Of a stretch of DNA of 30,765 bases, positions 16,335 to 24,900 are shown one piece after another. This DNA comes from Planctomycetota bacterium. GTDB lineage: Bacteria > Planctomycetota > UBA1135. The stretch's first letter is position 1; each line of letters starts with the position of its first letter. The notes under the pieces were generated by a model, which did no database searches, was not told where the DNA came from, and worked only from the letters and a program-made list of their open reading frames with translations. The translations under genes were made by a program, and so were the position numbers. Location: positions 1-30,765 of the forward strand of contig JASFYO010000049.1 in assembly GCA_045047305.1 (NCBI GenBank), in the 5' to 3' direction.

Positions 16335-17675
16335 ATGAAGCCACACTACATCACTTTGTCCGCCATCCTCCTTGGGCTGTGCACCTCCCCGGCTGCAGCG
16401 CAAAACGGCACCACCGAACTCTCCCGCACCGACCAATACGGTTATTACAACGAGGTCTGGGGCTACACCGCTGCGAATGGAGATGAATACGCCATCATCG
16501 GCACCGATACCGGCACAGCTTTTTACGATGTCAGCACCCCGACCGCTCCGATCTTAGTCAAATTCATCAACGGCCCATTCTCGATTTGGCGCGACATGGC
16601 GACTTATGGAGACTACTGCTACGTTGTCACTGAAGGCGGGTCCGGCATGCAGATCATTGATCTCAGCACACCAAGCAATCCCACTCTGCTTTCCACTTTC
16701 GGAACTAGTCTGTGGAATGATGCGCACAACATCTCCATTGATGAAGGCGCCGGGATGGCCTACATCATTGGCACCAATGTAGGCATGCCTGTCTTAGACC
16801 TAAGCAACCCAACGGCCCCGGTGCAAGTTGCGAACTACGGCGCACACTATGTTCATGATGCCTCCGTGCAAAATGGATATGCCCACTTTGCGGAAATCTA
16901 CGGGGGGCAGTACCGCATAGTTTCCGTGTCTAACTTGCCTTCTTTCCCGTCTTTGGATGCCGTCACCACGCCTGGCAACTTCACCCACAACGTAGGCGTG
17001 AATGCTACCGACACCTTGGCAGTGACCAGCGATGAAAGCCCAGGCGGCGGCCTAGCGATTTACGATATCAGCAATAAAAGCAACATCCAGTTGCTCTCGA
17101 CTTGGAACAACAGCAATGCCACGGTGCATAATGCTTTCATCAAAGGCAACCGGGTTTACGCTTCTTGGTATAGCTTCGGCTTTGCTTGCATCGATATCAG
17201 CGACCCAAGCTTTCCACAACAGGTTGCGACTTTCGATTCCAGCAATCACTCCGGCATTGGCTATGAAGGTACTTGGGGAGTTTATCCCTTTGCGCAATCA
17301 GGCTTGGTATACCTTTCCGACCAAGACAATGGTTTGTACGTCATTCAAATCAATGATGCCGACATCAACCTGGCTGGCACCGCATCGGTCCCTGCCGGTA
17401 GCAGCACCAACTTAAACCTTAGTGGTGCAGCAGCGAATTCCACCTGGTACTTGCTCTTCAGCTTTTCCAATGCAGGCATGGCTCAGTACGGCACCACCTT
17501 TGAAGTCGGCCCTGGCTGGTCTCTACTTGGGAGCGGCACCACCGACGCCCTCGGCAATGCGAGCTACACCCTGAATGTGCCCGCCGGCGTTAGTGGCAGC
17601 ACCGCCTACTTCGAAGCAGCGACCGCAAACGGCCCGGTTCTGACTTCGAATTTGTTCCGCCTGCAGGTGCAGTAG
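16335..17675 (+). CDS. secreted LVIVD-repeat (choice-of-anchor-B-like) beta-propeller protein with conserved C-terminal domain
   Basis: Start reassigned to ATG 16335; signal peptide ending AAA-Q; NEVWGY, EYAIIG, SIWRD, GMQIIDLS, AHNI, YVHD, THN, VHN, GTWGVYP. Confidence 0.88.
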   Translation: MKPHYITLSAILLGLCTSPAAAQNGTTELSRTDQYGYYNEVWGYTAANGDEYAIIGTDTGTAFYDVSTPTAPILVKFINGPFSIWRDMATYGDYCYVVTEGGSGMQIIDLSTPSNPTLLSTFGTSLWNDAHNISIDEGAGMAYIIGTNVGMPVLDLSNPTAPVQVANYGAHYVHDASVQNGYAHFAEIYGGQYRIVSVSNLPSFPSLDAVTTPGNFTHNVGVNATDTLAVTSDESPGGGLAIYDISNKSNIQLLSTWNNSNATVHNAFIKGNRVYASWYSFGFACIDISDPSFPQQVATFDSSNHSGIGYEGTWGVYPFAQSGLVYLSDQDNGLYVIQINDADINLAGTASVPAGSSTNLNLSGAAANSTWYLLFSFSNAGMAQYGTTFEVGPGWSLLGSGTTDALGNASYTLNVPAGVSGSTAYFEAATANGPVLTSNLFRLQVQ

Positions 17676-17682
17676 GAAGCGT

Positions 17683-18900
17683 CTACTTCGCCGAAGCTGC
17701 GAGCTCCTCAAACAGGCGCTCGTAAGCTTTGGCGGCCGCGTCCCAGGAGTGCAGACGCCCCATGACCTCGCGCCCATGGCTGCCCAGCTGCTGCCGACGC
17801 TCTGGGTCATCGAGTAAGTCGGAAACGGCATCGGCGAAGGCCTGGTCCTCATCGGCGATAACCAGAAGATCACGCACCTCCTGATGCATGGCCTCGACCC
17901 CAGTGCTGTTGGTCACCACCGGCTTTTCCACCGCCATCGATTCCAGCACCTTATTCTTAATGCCAGCTCCAAAACGCATCGGAGCGACCAGCATGGCAGC
18001 ACGTTGGATCCAGGGCTTTAAGTCTTCCACACGCCCGGTTACTTCCACGCCCGGCAATCCCGCCAAGGTGAGCACTTCTGGAACCGGATTGGTGCCAACA
18101 ATGGTAAAATTGGCTTTAGGATGACGCGCCCGCACCAAAGGTAGGATGTCGCGCGCAAAGTGAATCGCGGCATCGACGTTAGGTAGGAAATCCATATTGC
18201 CAAAGAGGATGAGGTTGCCCTCCTTTTCCTCTATACCTTCCACCGGTTGGAACATATCTAAATCCACACCGTTTGGAATGAGCTCAACGCGCCCTTGCGG
18301 ATGCATGCGTTGCAGACGTTCCTGATCCAGTGGCGACACTGCCGTGGCCACGGGGTAGAGCTTCATCGCGAAAGTCTCGAAGGCCAAAAAGCGGTGGCGC
18401 AATTGGCGTGTGCGCAATCCTTCAGCCAGGCTTAGGCCACCACGATCCAGATGGCGGTCATAGAACAAGGTACGGCAATCGCAAACATCTAATAGAGTTG
18501 GAATGACTTGCGCACCACTGCGGAACCATAAATCGGCCCATGGATCAAACACATAGGCGGCATCGATCTTGTGCTGCGAAACCAACTTTTCAGTTTCTGC
18601 AGCAACCTGCTTATCAAAGCCGGGGTACTCAGAACGGAAAGCGGAGACCGGAGTGAGCCCGATGTTGGTCATCAGGCGCCCAATCGCACTACGCTCCGGC
18701 ACATCCAGCAACGTAATCGAGGAGAAGATGCCTTGCTCCTCCAGCGGCTTTAACTTTGCGCGTTGTTCCTCATCCTGGATGAGCGCAAGTAAATGCACAT
18801 CATGGCGCTTCGCCAACCGACTAAACAGGTGGAGAATGCGTAGATGGTATCCCTCGGAGTAGGGCCAAGGGAGACCGCGGTAGACCACGAGTAGCCGCAT
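17683..18900 (-). CDS. GT4-family glycosyltransferase
   Basis: IPNGVD, FGNMDFLPNVDA, VAPMRFGAGIKNKVLESMA..KPVV, HSWD. Confidence 0.92.
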   Translation of the reverse strand: MRLLVVYRGLPWPYSEGYHLRILHLFSRLAKRHDVHLLALIQDEEQRAKLKPLEEQGIFSSITLLDVPERSAIGRLMTNIGLTPVSAFRSEYPGFDKQVAAETEKLVSQHKIDAAYVFDPWADLWFRSGAQVIPTLLDVCDCRTLFYDRHLDRGGLSLAEGLRTRQLRHRFLAFETFAMKLYPVATAVSPLDQERLQRMHPQGRVELIPNGVDLDMFQPVEGIEEKEGNLILFGNMDFLPNVDAAIHFARDILPLVRARHPKANFTIVGTNPVPEVLTLAGLPGVEVTGRVEDLKPWIQRAAMLVAPMRFGAGIKNKVLESMAVEKPVVTNSTGVEAMHQEVRDLLVIADEDQAFADAVSDLLDDPERRQQLGSHGREVMGRLHSWDAAAKAYERLFEELAASAK

Positions 18901-18912
18901 GCCTACTAATGT

Positions 18913-18946
18913 AACGAGCCCGGCGAAGGATTTCGCCGGGCTCGTT
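18913..18946. terminator. 15-bp perfect inverted repeat between grxD and the glycosyltransferase
   Basis: AACGAGCCCGGCGAA-GGAT-TTCGCCGGGCTCGTT, 17 nt after the grxD stop; no long U-tract. Confidence 0.7.
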
Positions 18947-18963
18947 GGTAGAACAGGGATTTT

Positions 18964-19290
18964 CTAGTTGGTGGTGTCGGCCAGAACCTTATCCACCATC
19001 GCCTTCAACTCGCCTTGAGCATGCAGTTGACGCACAATGTCGCCCCCCCCAATAAACTCTCCGCCGAGGAAGATCTGCGGCGTGGTCGGCCAATCTGTGA
19101 TCTCAACCAAGGCAGGCTTAATCCCTGGGTCTTCGAAAATGTCGACGGCTTCAAACGGGACGTCAAGCTCCTTAAACACTTCGACCACGGCATGCGAAAA
19201 ACCACAGCGCGGAAACATTTTATTGCCCTTGAGGAACAACAGAACAGGCTGTTGCTTGATGATCTCTTCTAACTTTTCTTTGATTTCCAT
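18964..19290 (-). CDS. grxD: monothiol (CGFS) glutaredoxin
   Basis: LFLKG..FPRCGFS, WPTTPQIF, GEFIGGGDI. Confidence 0.95.
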   Translation of the reverse strand: MEIKEKLEEIIKQQPVLLFLKGNKMFPRCGFSHAVVEVFKELDVPFEAVDIFEDPGIKPALVEITDWPTTPQIFLGGEFIGGGDIVRQLHAQGELKAMVDKVLADTTN

Positions 19291-19293
19291 GAT

Positions 19294-19524
19294 TCAACAA
19301 ACGGTACTGATTTGAACGGCGTGAATGGAGTTATCCCCTTCCGACATGTATGGGCGCATGCACTCAAGCACTTGCTTGTGTTGCTGCATCAGGGTCAGTC
19401 CCTCAAAGCCAGGCCAGTTCACTTCCAAACCCCAGTGATCTAGGGTTCCAGTGAGGTCGGTTACTTTACAGGTTGCGCCTTCCAGCTTACTGGTGACGAT
19501 TTCTTCTACGGTTTTTGCGTCCAT
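19294..19524 (-). CDS. BolA/IbaG family protein
   Basis: 76 aa; DH, FEGLTLMQQHKQV, IHAVQI; 3 nt upstream of grxD, the usual BolA-Grx4 pairing. Confidence 0.9.
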   Translation of the reverse strand: MDAKTVEEIVTSKLEGATCKVTDLTGTLDHWGLEVNWPGFEGLTLMQQHKQVLECMRPYMSEGDNSIHAVQISTVC

Positions 19525-19614
19525 CTTGATGAGTGAAATGGAATGGCCCGAGGAACTATTTCCTAGGACAGGACTCGCATGTCACAATGGGCATTGTCCC
19601 ACGAATACACCAAC

Positions 19615-19872
19615 ATGGCAAAGATCGAAATCTACACACGCACCACCTGCCCCTACTGCACCATGGCTAAGCGCCTGCTGGAGAATAAGGGTCAAAAGTG
19701 GGAGGAAATCAACCTGGATACCAACCCGGAGCGCACCGACGAAATGCTAGAGCGAACTGGCGGCAAACGCACCGTCCCCGAGATTTTCATCAACGACACC
19801 ATGGTTGGTGGCTTTGACGACCTTGCCGCCCTGGAAAAGGAAGGCAAGCTCGACCCGCTGCTGGCCAATTAG
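19615..19872 (+). CDS. grxC: dithiol glutaredoxin 3
   Basis: IEIYT..TCPYC, RTVPEIFI, VGGFDDL; start reassigned to ATG 19615. Confidence 0.95.
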   Translation: MAKIEIYTRTTCPYCTMAKRLLENKGQKWEEINLDTNPERTDEMLERTGGKRTVPEIFINDTMVGGFDDLAALEKEGKLDPLLAN

Positions 19873-19887
19873 GCCGAGTGCAGAAGG

Positions 19888-21783
19888 TTAAGGCGTCCGA
19901 TTTACGGGTGGAGTTTCTCCCGCAGCGATGTAGTAAATCGGATTCGAAAACAGGATTGGGGTTTCGCTGGAGTCACGGACTTCCAGCCGAACCCAATCGC
20001 CGACCTCGGGAGTGACTAGGCCAGAAACCTGAAGACTACGGCCTTCAAAGTTCCAGCGCGTTTCCTCCACGCCGTTGCGCAGGAGCACCAGGACATCGCC
20101 GCTCTTCGCACCATCAATCTCGATGTTGAGCTGTTGCGCTCCCTCTGGCAGAGGTACGACATCGCCCATGGTGTAGGCGCCAGCTTGCTCTTCGAAGGTC
20201 AGGGTGCCGTTGGTATCGAAGACATACGGGTCGCCGAAGAAAGCGTGGCCTTGCTTAATCGCAGCACATAGTTTCGACGCTGAATTATCGGTAGCAAGAA
20301 TCCACGTAGCCATGTGGTTGACGCGCTGACTCCAATCCTCAAGGTTGTGATTGTCCGAAGAACCAACTCCCGTGAGGTAGATTTGCTCCAACGCGAGGTC
20401 ATCCCACAGCGCCACAAAATCTGCCATCGGACGCCCACGTTCGACATATCCGACCTCCAAACCGTCGGCGCCAAAACCACGTTCCGTCTTCAGACGCTGA
20501 ACCAACTGCTTGACTGCGGAATCGGGAGTCACACCATCGTGCGAAGCGCCAAAAACGTGCGCGAGAATAGCCGCTCCATTGCGCTGGTGCGTCCACTCCA
20601 CACCACTGCGCGGATATTCCCGCGCGTTCACGCTCCCTTCAGGGAATTCCATGATCTGCCCGAGATTTTCAGGCAACAAGGTGATGAGGTGATCGCGCGT
20701 GCTGATGGAAGTAATGGCCTGCTCGTAAGGGCCACCCATCTCTGCACCTACGTGGTGGAAGATGTTGTCGGAGTAATTACGCTCCAGGGTTTGTTGCTGC
20801 AGGCGGAAGAGATCGGCGCCAGTTAAGCCATTGAGATCGATACGAAAGGTGTCAATCGAGAAGGAAAGATGACCGCCTGAGCGAGTGGCGAGGAGTAACT
20901 CCACTTTCTTTAACGACATGTCGTCGACGATGGGCCAAAAGCGCGCCGCTTCACCGCGGACATCGCAATCAAAATGGACCCAAGTGCCAAGCGCGGTTGC
21001 AGGCAAAGTGACTGATTGCACATCCTGATTTGGCGGCACATGAAAGCCAGCGGGAACAAACTGCAACACTCGTGGAGCGCCCTCTTTTAGGCCATTGGAG
21101 TAAACCGAGGAAAGGGTCACGCGCACCGCAAGCCCTACGTCGCCAGAAAATTCGTCCATGCGAAAATCAAAGCCGACTCGCGGATCCGCCGCCAAAGAAA
21201 TGCTCTCGGCCTTGTTCGCAGTTTTATAGGTCAAGGCACCGATTTGCCAATCCTGAAATCCGTTGGAGGCAAAGTTGATGTGAAAGGACTGGCTCCCTTT
21301 GGTGGCATGTTGGGTGTCAAAATAGGAATTGTAAGTTGCGAACTCACTTGATTTCTCACTCATCCAACGCCGGCTGGTGACATTTCCAAATCGAATGGAA
21401 CCATCGAGGTTGCCCTCAAAATCAATCGCGTGCTGGTGGGCTTCCAGCGTTTGCCGCCCCATGTGGTCGGTCCACCACAATCCATCGAAGCCAGCTGCTT
21501 CGGCTTGTGCAGTATGGCTCTGCATGGTGCCGAAACCTTCACTCATGGAACCGTGGAGGTGCAGGTCCATCAGAAAGCTCTGCAACTCCGCGCTGCCGCC
21601 GCCATCGCCCGTTCCCCCTCCGCTGCCACCAGTCCCGCCACCAGAACCCATGCCACCGTCGGTCCCAGCACCCCCTGTTCCGCCGCCACCAATCACATCG
21701 CCGATGGTTTTACCGGCGCCACAAGCGCCAGCGAGGAATGCTGCGGACAGGGTGAGGAATAGAGTGGTCCGGGAAAAGGCCAT
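19888..21783 (-). CDS. lipoprotein with PHP-fold metallohydrolase (CehA/McbA-like), inserted beta domain and C-terminal Ig-like domain
   Basis: Lipobox-like LAGAC; Gly-rich linker; PHP motifs DLHLHGSMSEG, WTDH, GAE, LAH, GLEV, GSSDNH; ends WVRLEV...FSNPIY. Confidence 0.82.
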   Translation of the reverse strand: MAFSRTTLFLTLSAAFLAGACGAGKTIGDVIGGGGTGGAGTDGGMGSGGGTGGSGGGTGDGGGSAELQSFLMDLHLHGSMSEGFGTMQSHTAQAEAAGFDGLWWTDHMGRQTLEAHQHAIDFEGNLDGSIRFGNVTSRRWMSEKSSEFATYNSYFDTQHATKGSQSFHINFASNGFQDWQIGALTYKTANKAESISLAADPRVGFDFRMDEFSGDVGLAVRVTLSSVYSNGLKEGAPRVLQFVPAGFHVPPNQDVQSVTLPATALGTWVHFDCDVRGEAARFWPIVDDMSLKKVELLLATRSGGHLSFSIDTFRIDLNGLTGADLFRLQQQTLERNYSDNIFHHVGAEMGGPYEQAITSISTRDHLITLLPENLGQIMEFPEGSVNAREYPRSGVEWTHQRNGAAILAHVFGASHDGVTPDSAVKQLVQRLKTERGFGADGLEVGYVERGRPMADFVALWDDLALEQIYLTGVGSSDNHNLEDWSQRVNHMATWILATDNSASKLCAAIKQGHAFFGDPYVFDTNGTLTFEEQAGAYTMGDVVPLPEGAQQLNIEIDGAKSGDVLVLLRNGVEETRWNFEGRSLQVSGLVTPEVGDWVRLEVRDSSETPILFSNPIYYIAAGETPPVNRTP

Positions 21784-21858
21784 GGCCTAGATATAGATCC
21801 CGGAGATGTGTCGGTTATGCGTCTTCTGCAAAAAATATGCCAGAACGCCGTTCTGGGA

Positions 21859-22950
21859 CTATTTCCCGATAAGGAAATGCACGATGTCCCCATCCTGCAT
21901 CGGATAATCCCGGCCCTCAGTCCGCAACCGCCCGGCAGCACGGATTGCCGCTTCAGAATGGTGTTCATCGAGGTCATCGACCGAGTAGACCTCGGCGCGA
22001 ATGAATGCCTTCTCGAAGTCAGTATGAATCACACCGGCAGCAACCGGAGCAGTATCCCCCGCATGGATGGTCCACGCGCGCACTTCTTTTTCACCGGCGG
22101 TGAAGTAAGTCTGTAGACCGAGAAGCTTGTATATGGTTTGAATCAAACGTCCCAAACCTAGCTCCTTCACTCCAAGATCCTCCATAAACATGGCGCGATC
22201 CTCTTCATCCATCGAGCGCAACTCCAACTCAAGATCGCCGCAAATCGGCAACCATTGCGAGCCATGATCGGCAGCATACTTTGCCACTTTTTGACACCAC
22301 TCGCTTTCGCCATCGAGATCTTCATCTGAGACATTCGCGACGTAGAGCACTGGCTTCATACTCATTAAGAACAGCGGCTTTAATAACTTGCGTTGACGAT
22401 CATTCCAATCATGAGTGCGCAATGGTTTGCCGCTATCGAGAATCTCAAGCGCTAAATCGTAAACCTCTTTCTCTAACTGCGAATCCTTATGACCTGCGCG
22501 TGCCTTCTTCGACACACGGTCGGAGTTACGACGCAAAGTCTCCAAGTCTGCAAGGCCAAGTTCGAGTTCGATGACCTCGATGTCATCAATCGGATCGACT
22601 GGGGTGTCGCGGAGGATTTTATCACCACCAAAGCAACGCACCACTTGCATGATGGCATCGCACTCTTTGATGTTACCCAGGAACTTATTGCCCATGCCTT
22701 CCCCCTCCGAAGCGCCGGCAACCAAGCCTGCAATATCCACAACCTTGACCACCGCAGGTAAAACCCGTTGTGTTTCCACATAGCCGTGAATCAGCTCAAG
22801 GCGGGAATCAGGCACCTCCACCACCGCCACGTTGGGTTCAATGGTGCAAAAGGGAAAATTACCCACCTCTGCCTTGGCAGAGGAAAGGGCGCTAAAAATG
22901 GTGGACTTGCCGACGTTCGGAAGCCCCACAATGCCGCAGGAGACGCTCAT
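21859..22950 (-). CDS. ychF: redox-regulated ribosome-binding ATPase YchF
   Basis: [56 protein letters not shown]; an alternative ATG lies at 22962. Confidence 0.98.
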   Translation of the reverse strand: MSVSCGIVGLPNVGKSTIFSALSSAKAEVGNFPFCTIEPNVAVVEVPDSRLELIHGYVETQRVLPAVVKVVDIAGLVAGASEGEGMGNKFLGNIKECDAIMQVVRCFGGDKILRDTPVDPIDDIEVIELELGLADLETLRRNSDRVSKKARAGHKDSQLEKEVYDLALEILDSGKPLRTHDWNDRQRKLLKPLFLMSMKPVLYVANVSDEDLDGESEWCQKVAKYAADHGSQWLPICGDLELELRSMDEEDRAMFMEDLGVKELGLGRLIQTIYKLLGLQTYFTAGEKEVRAWTIHAGDTAPVAAGVIHTDFEKAFIRAEVYSVDDLDEHHSEAAIRAAGRLRTEGRDYPMQDGDIVHFLIGK

Positions 22951-23009
22951 GAGACCGCGCATTGTATCCTCTCGGCCTCATTATTTTGCCTTTGCTGGCA
23001 AATGAGAAA

Positions 23010-24896
23010 TCAGCTTCTACGCCGAGTAAGCCGCAGTAGAAAACCGAGTAGGAGCACGCCAAAGGCGAAGCGTTGTCCTGGGTTCCATTGGGTGATGCCA
23101 TCGGCGACCACCACTGGAAGTACCAATGCAGCCCGCGCACCTTTACGAGCCCATTCATGCTGCAAAAGGAATGCTGCACCTTTAGGACCGTTTTCATAAT
23201 ACCAATCCACGCACTGCTTGCCCGCGGGAGTCGCCTTCAGGTATTGATCGCGGAAGCGACGCAGTGCAAAAACCTCGTGGGATTCATAATTGCCGAGAGC
23301 GGCCGTCGCAACGAAACAGTCATTATTGGGCAGAGGGACATCGAGCCCTGATGCGCGGACGGTCAAGTTGAAGGAGCCTGTCTGACCGCCGGGGTTGGTC
23401 ACGATGAAAGATTTAATACCAGCTGTGAGTGCCGGCAGCTGCAGAACCACGCTGCCGCCCAAGGAGGTGACACCGATTTCCGTTTGCAAAATAGTGGTTC
23501 CATCCAGAGTGACACTAAGTTGCCCGGTAGCGCCTCCACCATCGTAATCCACAAAGGCGCTACCCGCCGCTGCGGTAAGAGTGACTTCGCCGGCCGTACC
23601 CGACGCAAAGCTCACACCAAAGCTGCCTTCAAGAGTCTCGTTGAGGATCCCGTTGGCATCGGCGTTACCTCCGAATTGGCTCACCGCTCCATCGGGGAAA
23701 AAGTTGTTGCGCGCCGAAATAGAATTGACCACCGCAGCACCAAATCGGAAATCACTACCGTTACCGGAGAAAGTATTTAAGCATGCTGCAAATCCAAAAT
23801 GTCCTGGGCCAAAGTTTGGATCATTGTTTTCACCACCGGCAGTCGGCACCGTCGAGGTCAACTCCACGCCTGCACGCACTGCGTTTTCGATGCGGTTGCC
23901 GTAAAAGTCGGCGAGGATGTCGGCCTGATCACCACCACCGTTGATGGTTTCACACAGGATATTGATATGGTTCCCAGTGACGTTAGAAAAACAAATATAC
24001 GGCGCCACCATCGCACCTCCACTATTCAACCCATGTTCCGCGCGCAGATGCATACCAATTTCCGCGACACCAGGGCCAGTTAGGAAGTTCCCATTAGCCG
24101 CGCAAAGAATCGAGGAAACCGAGCCAAGTCCAATGCCTGAGCCAAAGGCGTGCATCAAGATCCCGGCCTCCAAATATCCTGCAAAGATATTTTCGTGCAC
24201 TCCAAAGTTTTGCTCCACCACCGCACCACTCGCAGCCAGTATGGAGACCGCGCGATCAACGCCACCAGAGCTTGTGTTTCCAGTAATCCCGCCTAAACTC
24301 AAAATGGTGGCATTGGATACCTGAATAGCAATCGCATCGCGTGCGCCGTTGCCGGCAAAGGTGCATTGCTCAATCAACAGCTGCTCAGCGAGGCCGCCTG
24401 TATCGAGCACGGCAAGGACGCCGTAGCCATCATTCGCGCCAACACTGGAGTCCGAAAAGTTGCTGAAGTTACATTGCTGAATGGTGAGTCCATTCACGCT
24501 ACGGCCACTAGGGATTTCTACGCCCACGGTGCAACCGGTCAGAGTCACTCCACCAAAGACAGTGCCTGCCAAAATATCTTCTCCTACTTGGAAGAGTGTG
24601 CCTGCGCCTCCAGCATCGAAAATCGGGTCTTCGCCAACGAAGGCTTCAATATGGACACGATTAGCCAACAAGATTGGAAAGGTTTCCGTTGCCGCGGCAT
24701 AGGTTCCACTGCGCAAGGAAATCGCATCGCCGACTGTGGTTTGGGTCAGCGCGAAAGTCAGACTCACAAAGGGTGTGCCTTGGGAGCCGTCGGCGCCATC
24801 GTTGCCCGTGTTCGGGTCCACAAAGTATGTGGTCTGCGCGGATAAAGACGATGAAGTGAAAAGAGCGAACAGTAGCCAGAGTGAGCGCAAGTTCAT
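23010..24896 (-). CDS. exported DUF1565-like beta-helix protein with CFI-box-CTERM-type C-terminus
   Basis: Start reassigned to ATG 24896; signal peptide; YFVDPNTGND..GS..PF, ETFPI; C-terminal CFVATA..LRRFRDQYL...G...VDWYY..GP, then a hydrophobic segment and RRRS. Confidence 0.85.
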   Translation of the reverse strand: MNLRSLWLLFALFTSSSLSAQTTYFVDPNTGNDGADGSQGTPFVSLTFALTQTTVGDAISLRSGTYAAATETFPILLANRVHIEAFVGEDPIFDAGGAGTLFQVGEDILAGTVFGGVTLTGCTVGVEIPSGRSVNGLTIQQCNFSNFSDSSVGANDGYGVLAVLDTGGLAEQLLIEQCTFAGNGARDAIAIQVSNATILSLGGITGNTSSGGVDRAVSILAASGAVVEQNFGVHENIFAGYLEAGILMHAFGSGIGLGSVSSILCAANGNFLTGPGVAEIGMHLRAEHGLNSGGAMVAPYICFSNVTGNHINILCETINGGGDQADILADFYGNRIENAVRAGVELTSTVPTAGGENNDPNFGPGHFGFAACLNTFSGNGSDFRFGAAVVNSISARNNFFPDGAVSQFGGNADANGILNETLEGSFGVSFASGTAGEVTLTAAAGSAFVDYDGGGATGQLSVTLDGTTILQTEIGVTSLGGSVVLQLPALTAGIKSFIVTNPGGQTGSFNLTVRASGLDVPLPNNDCFVATAALGNYESHEVFALRRFRDQYLKATPAGKQCVDWYYENGPKGAAFLLQHEWARKGARAALVLPVVVADGITQWNPGQRFAFGVLLLGFLLRLTRRRS

Positions 24897-24900
24897 GAGA

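Noticed and set aside
21595..21690. Gly-rich low-complexity tract as collagen or tandem repeat
   Set aside because: No sustained Gly-X-Y register or exact DNA unit; reads as a flexible linker after the lipobox.
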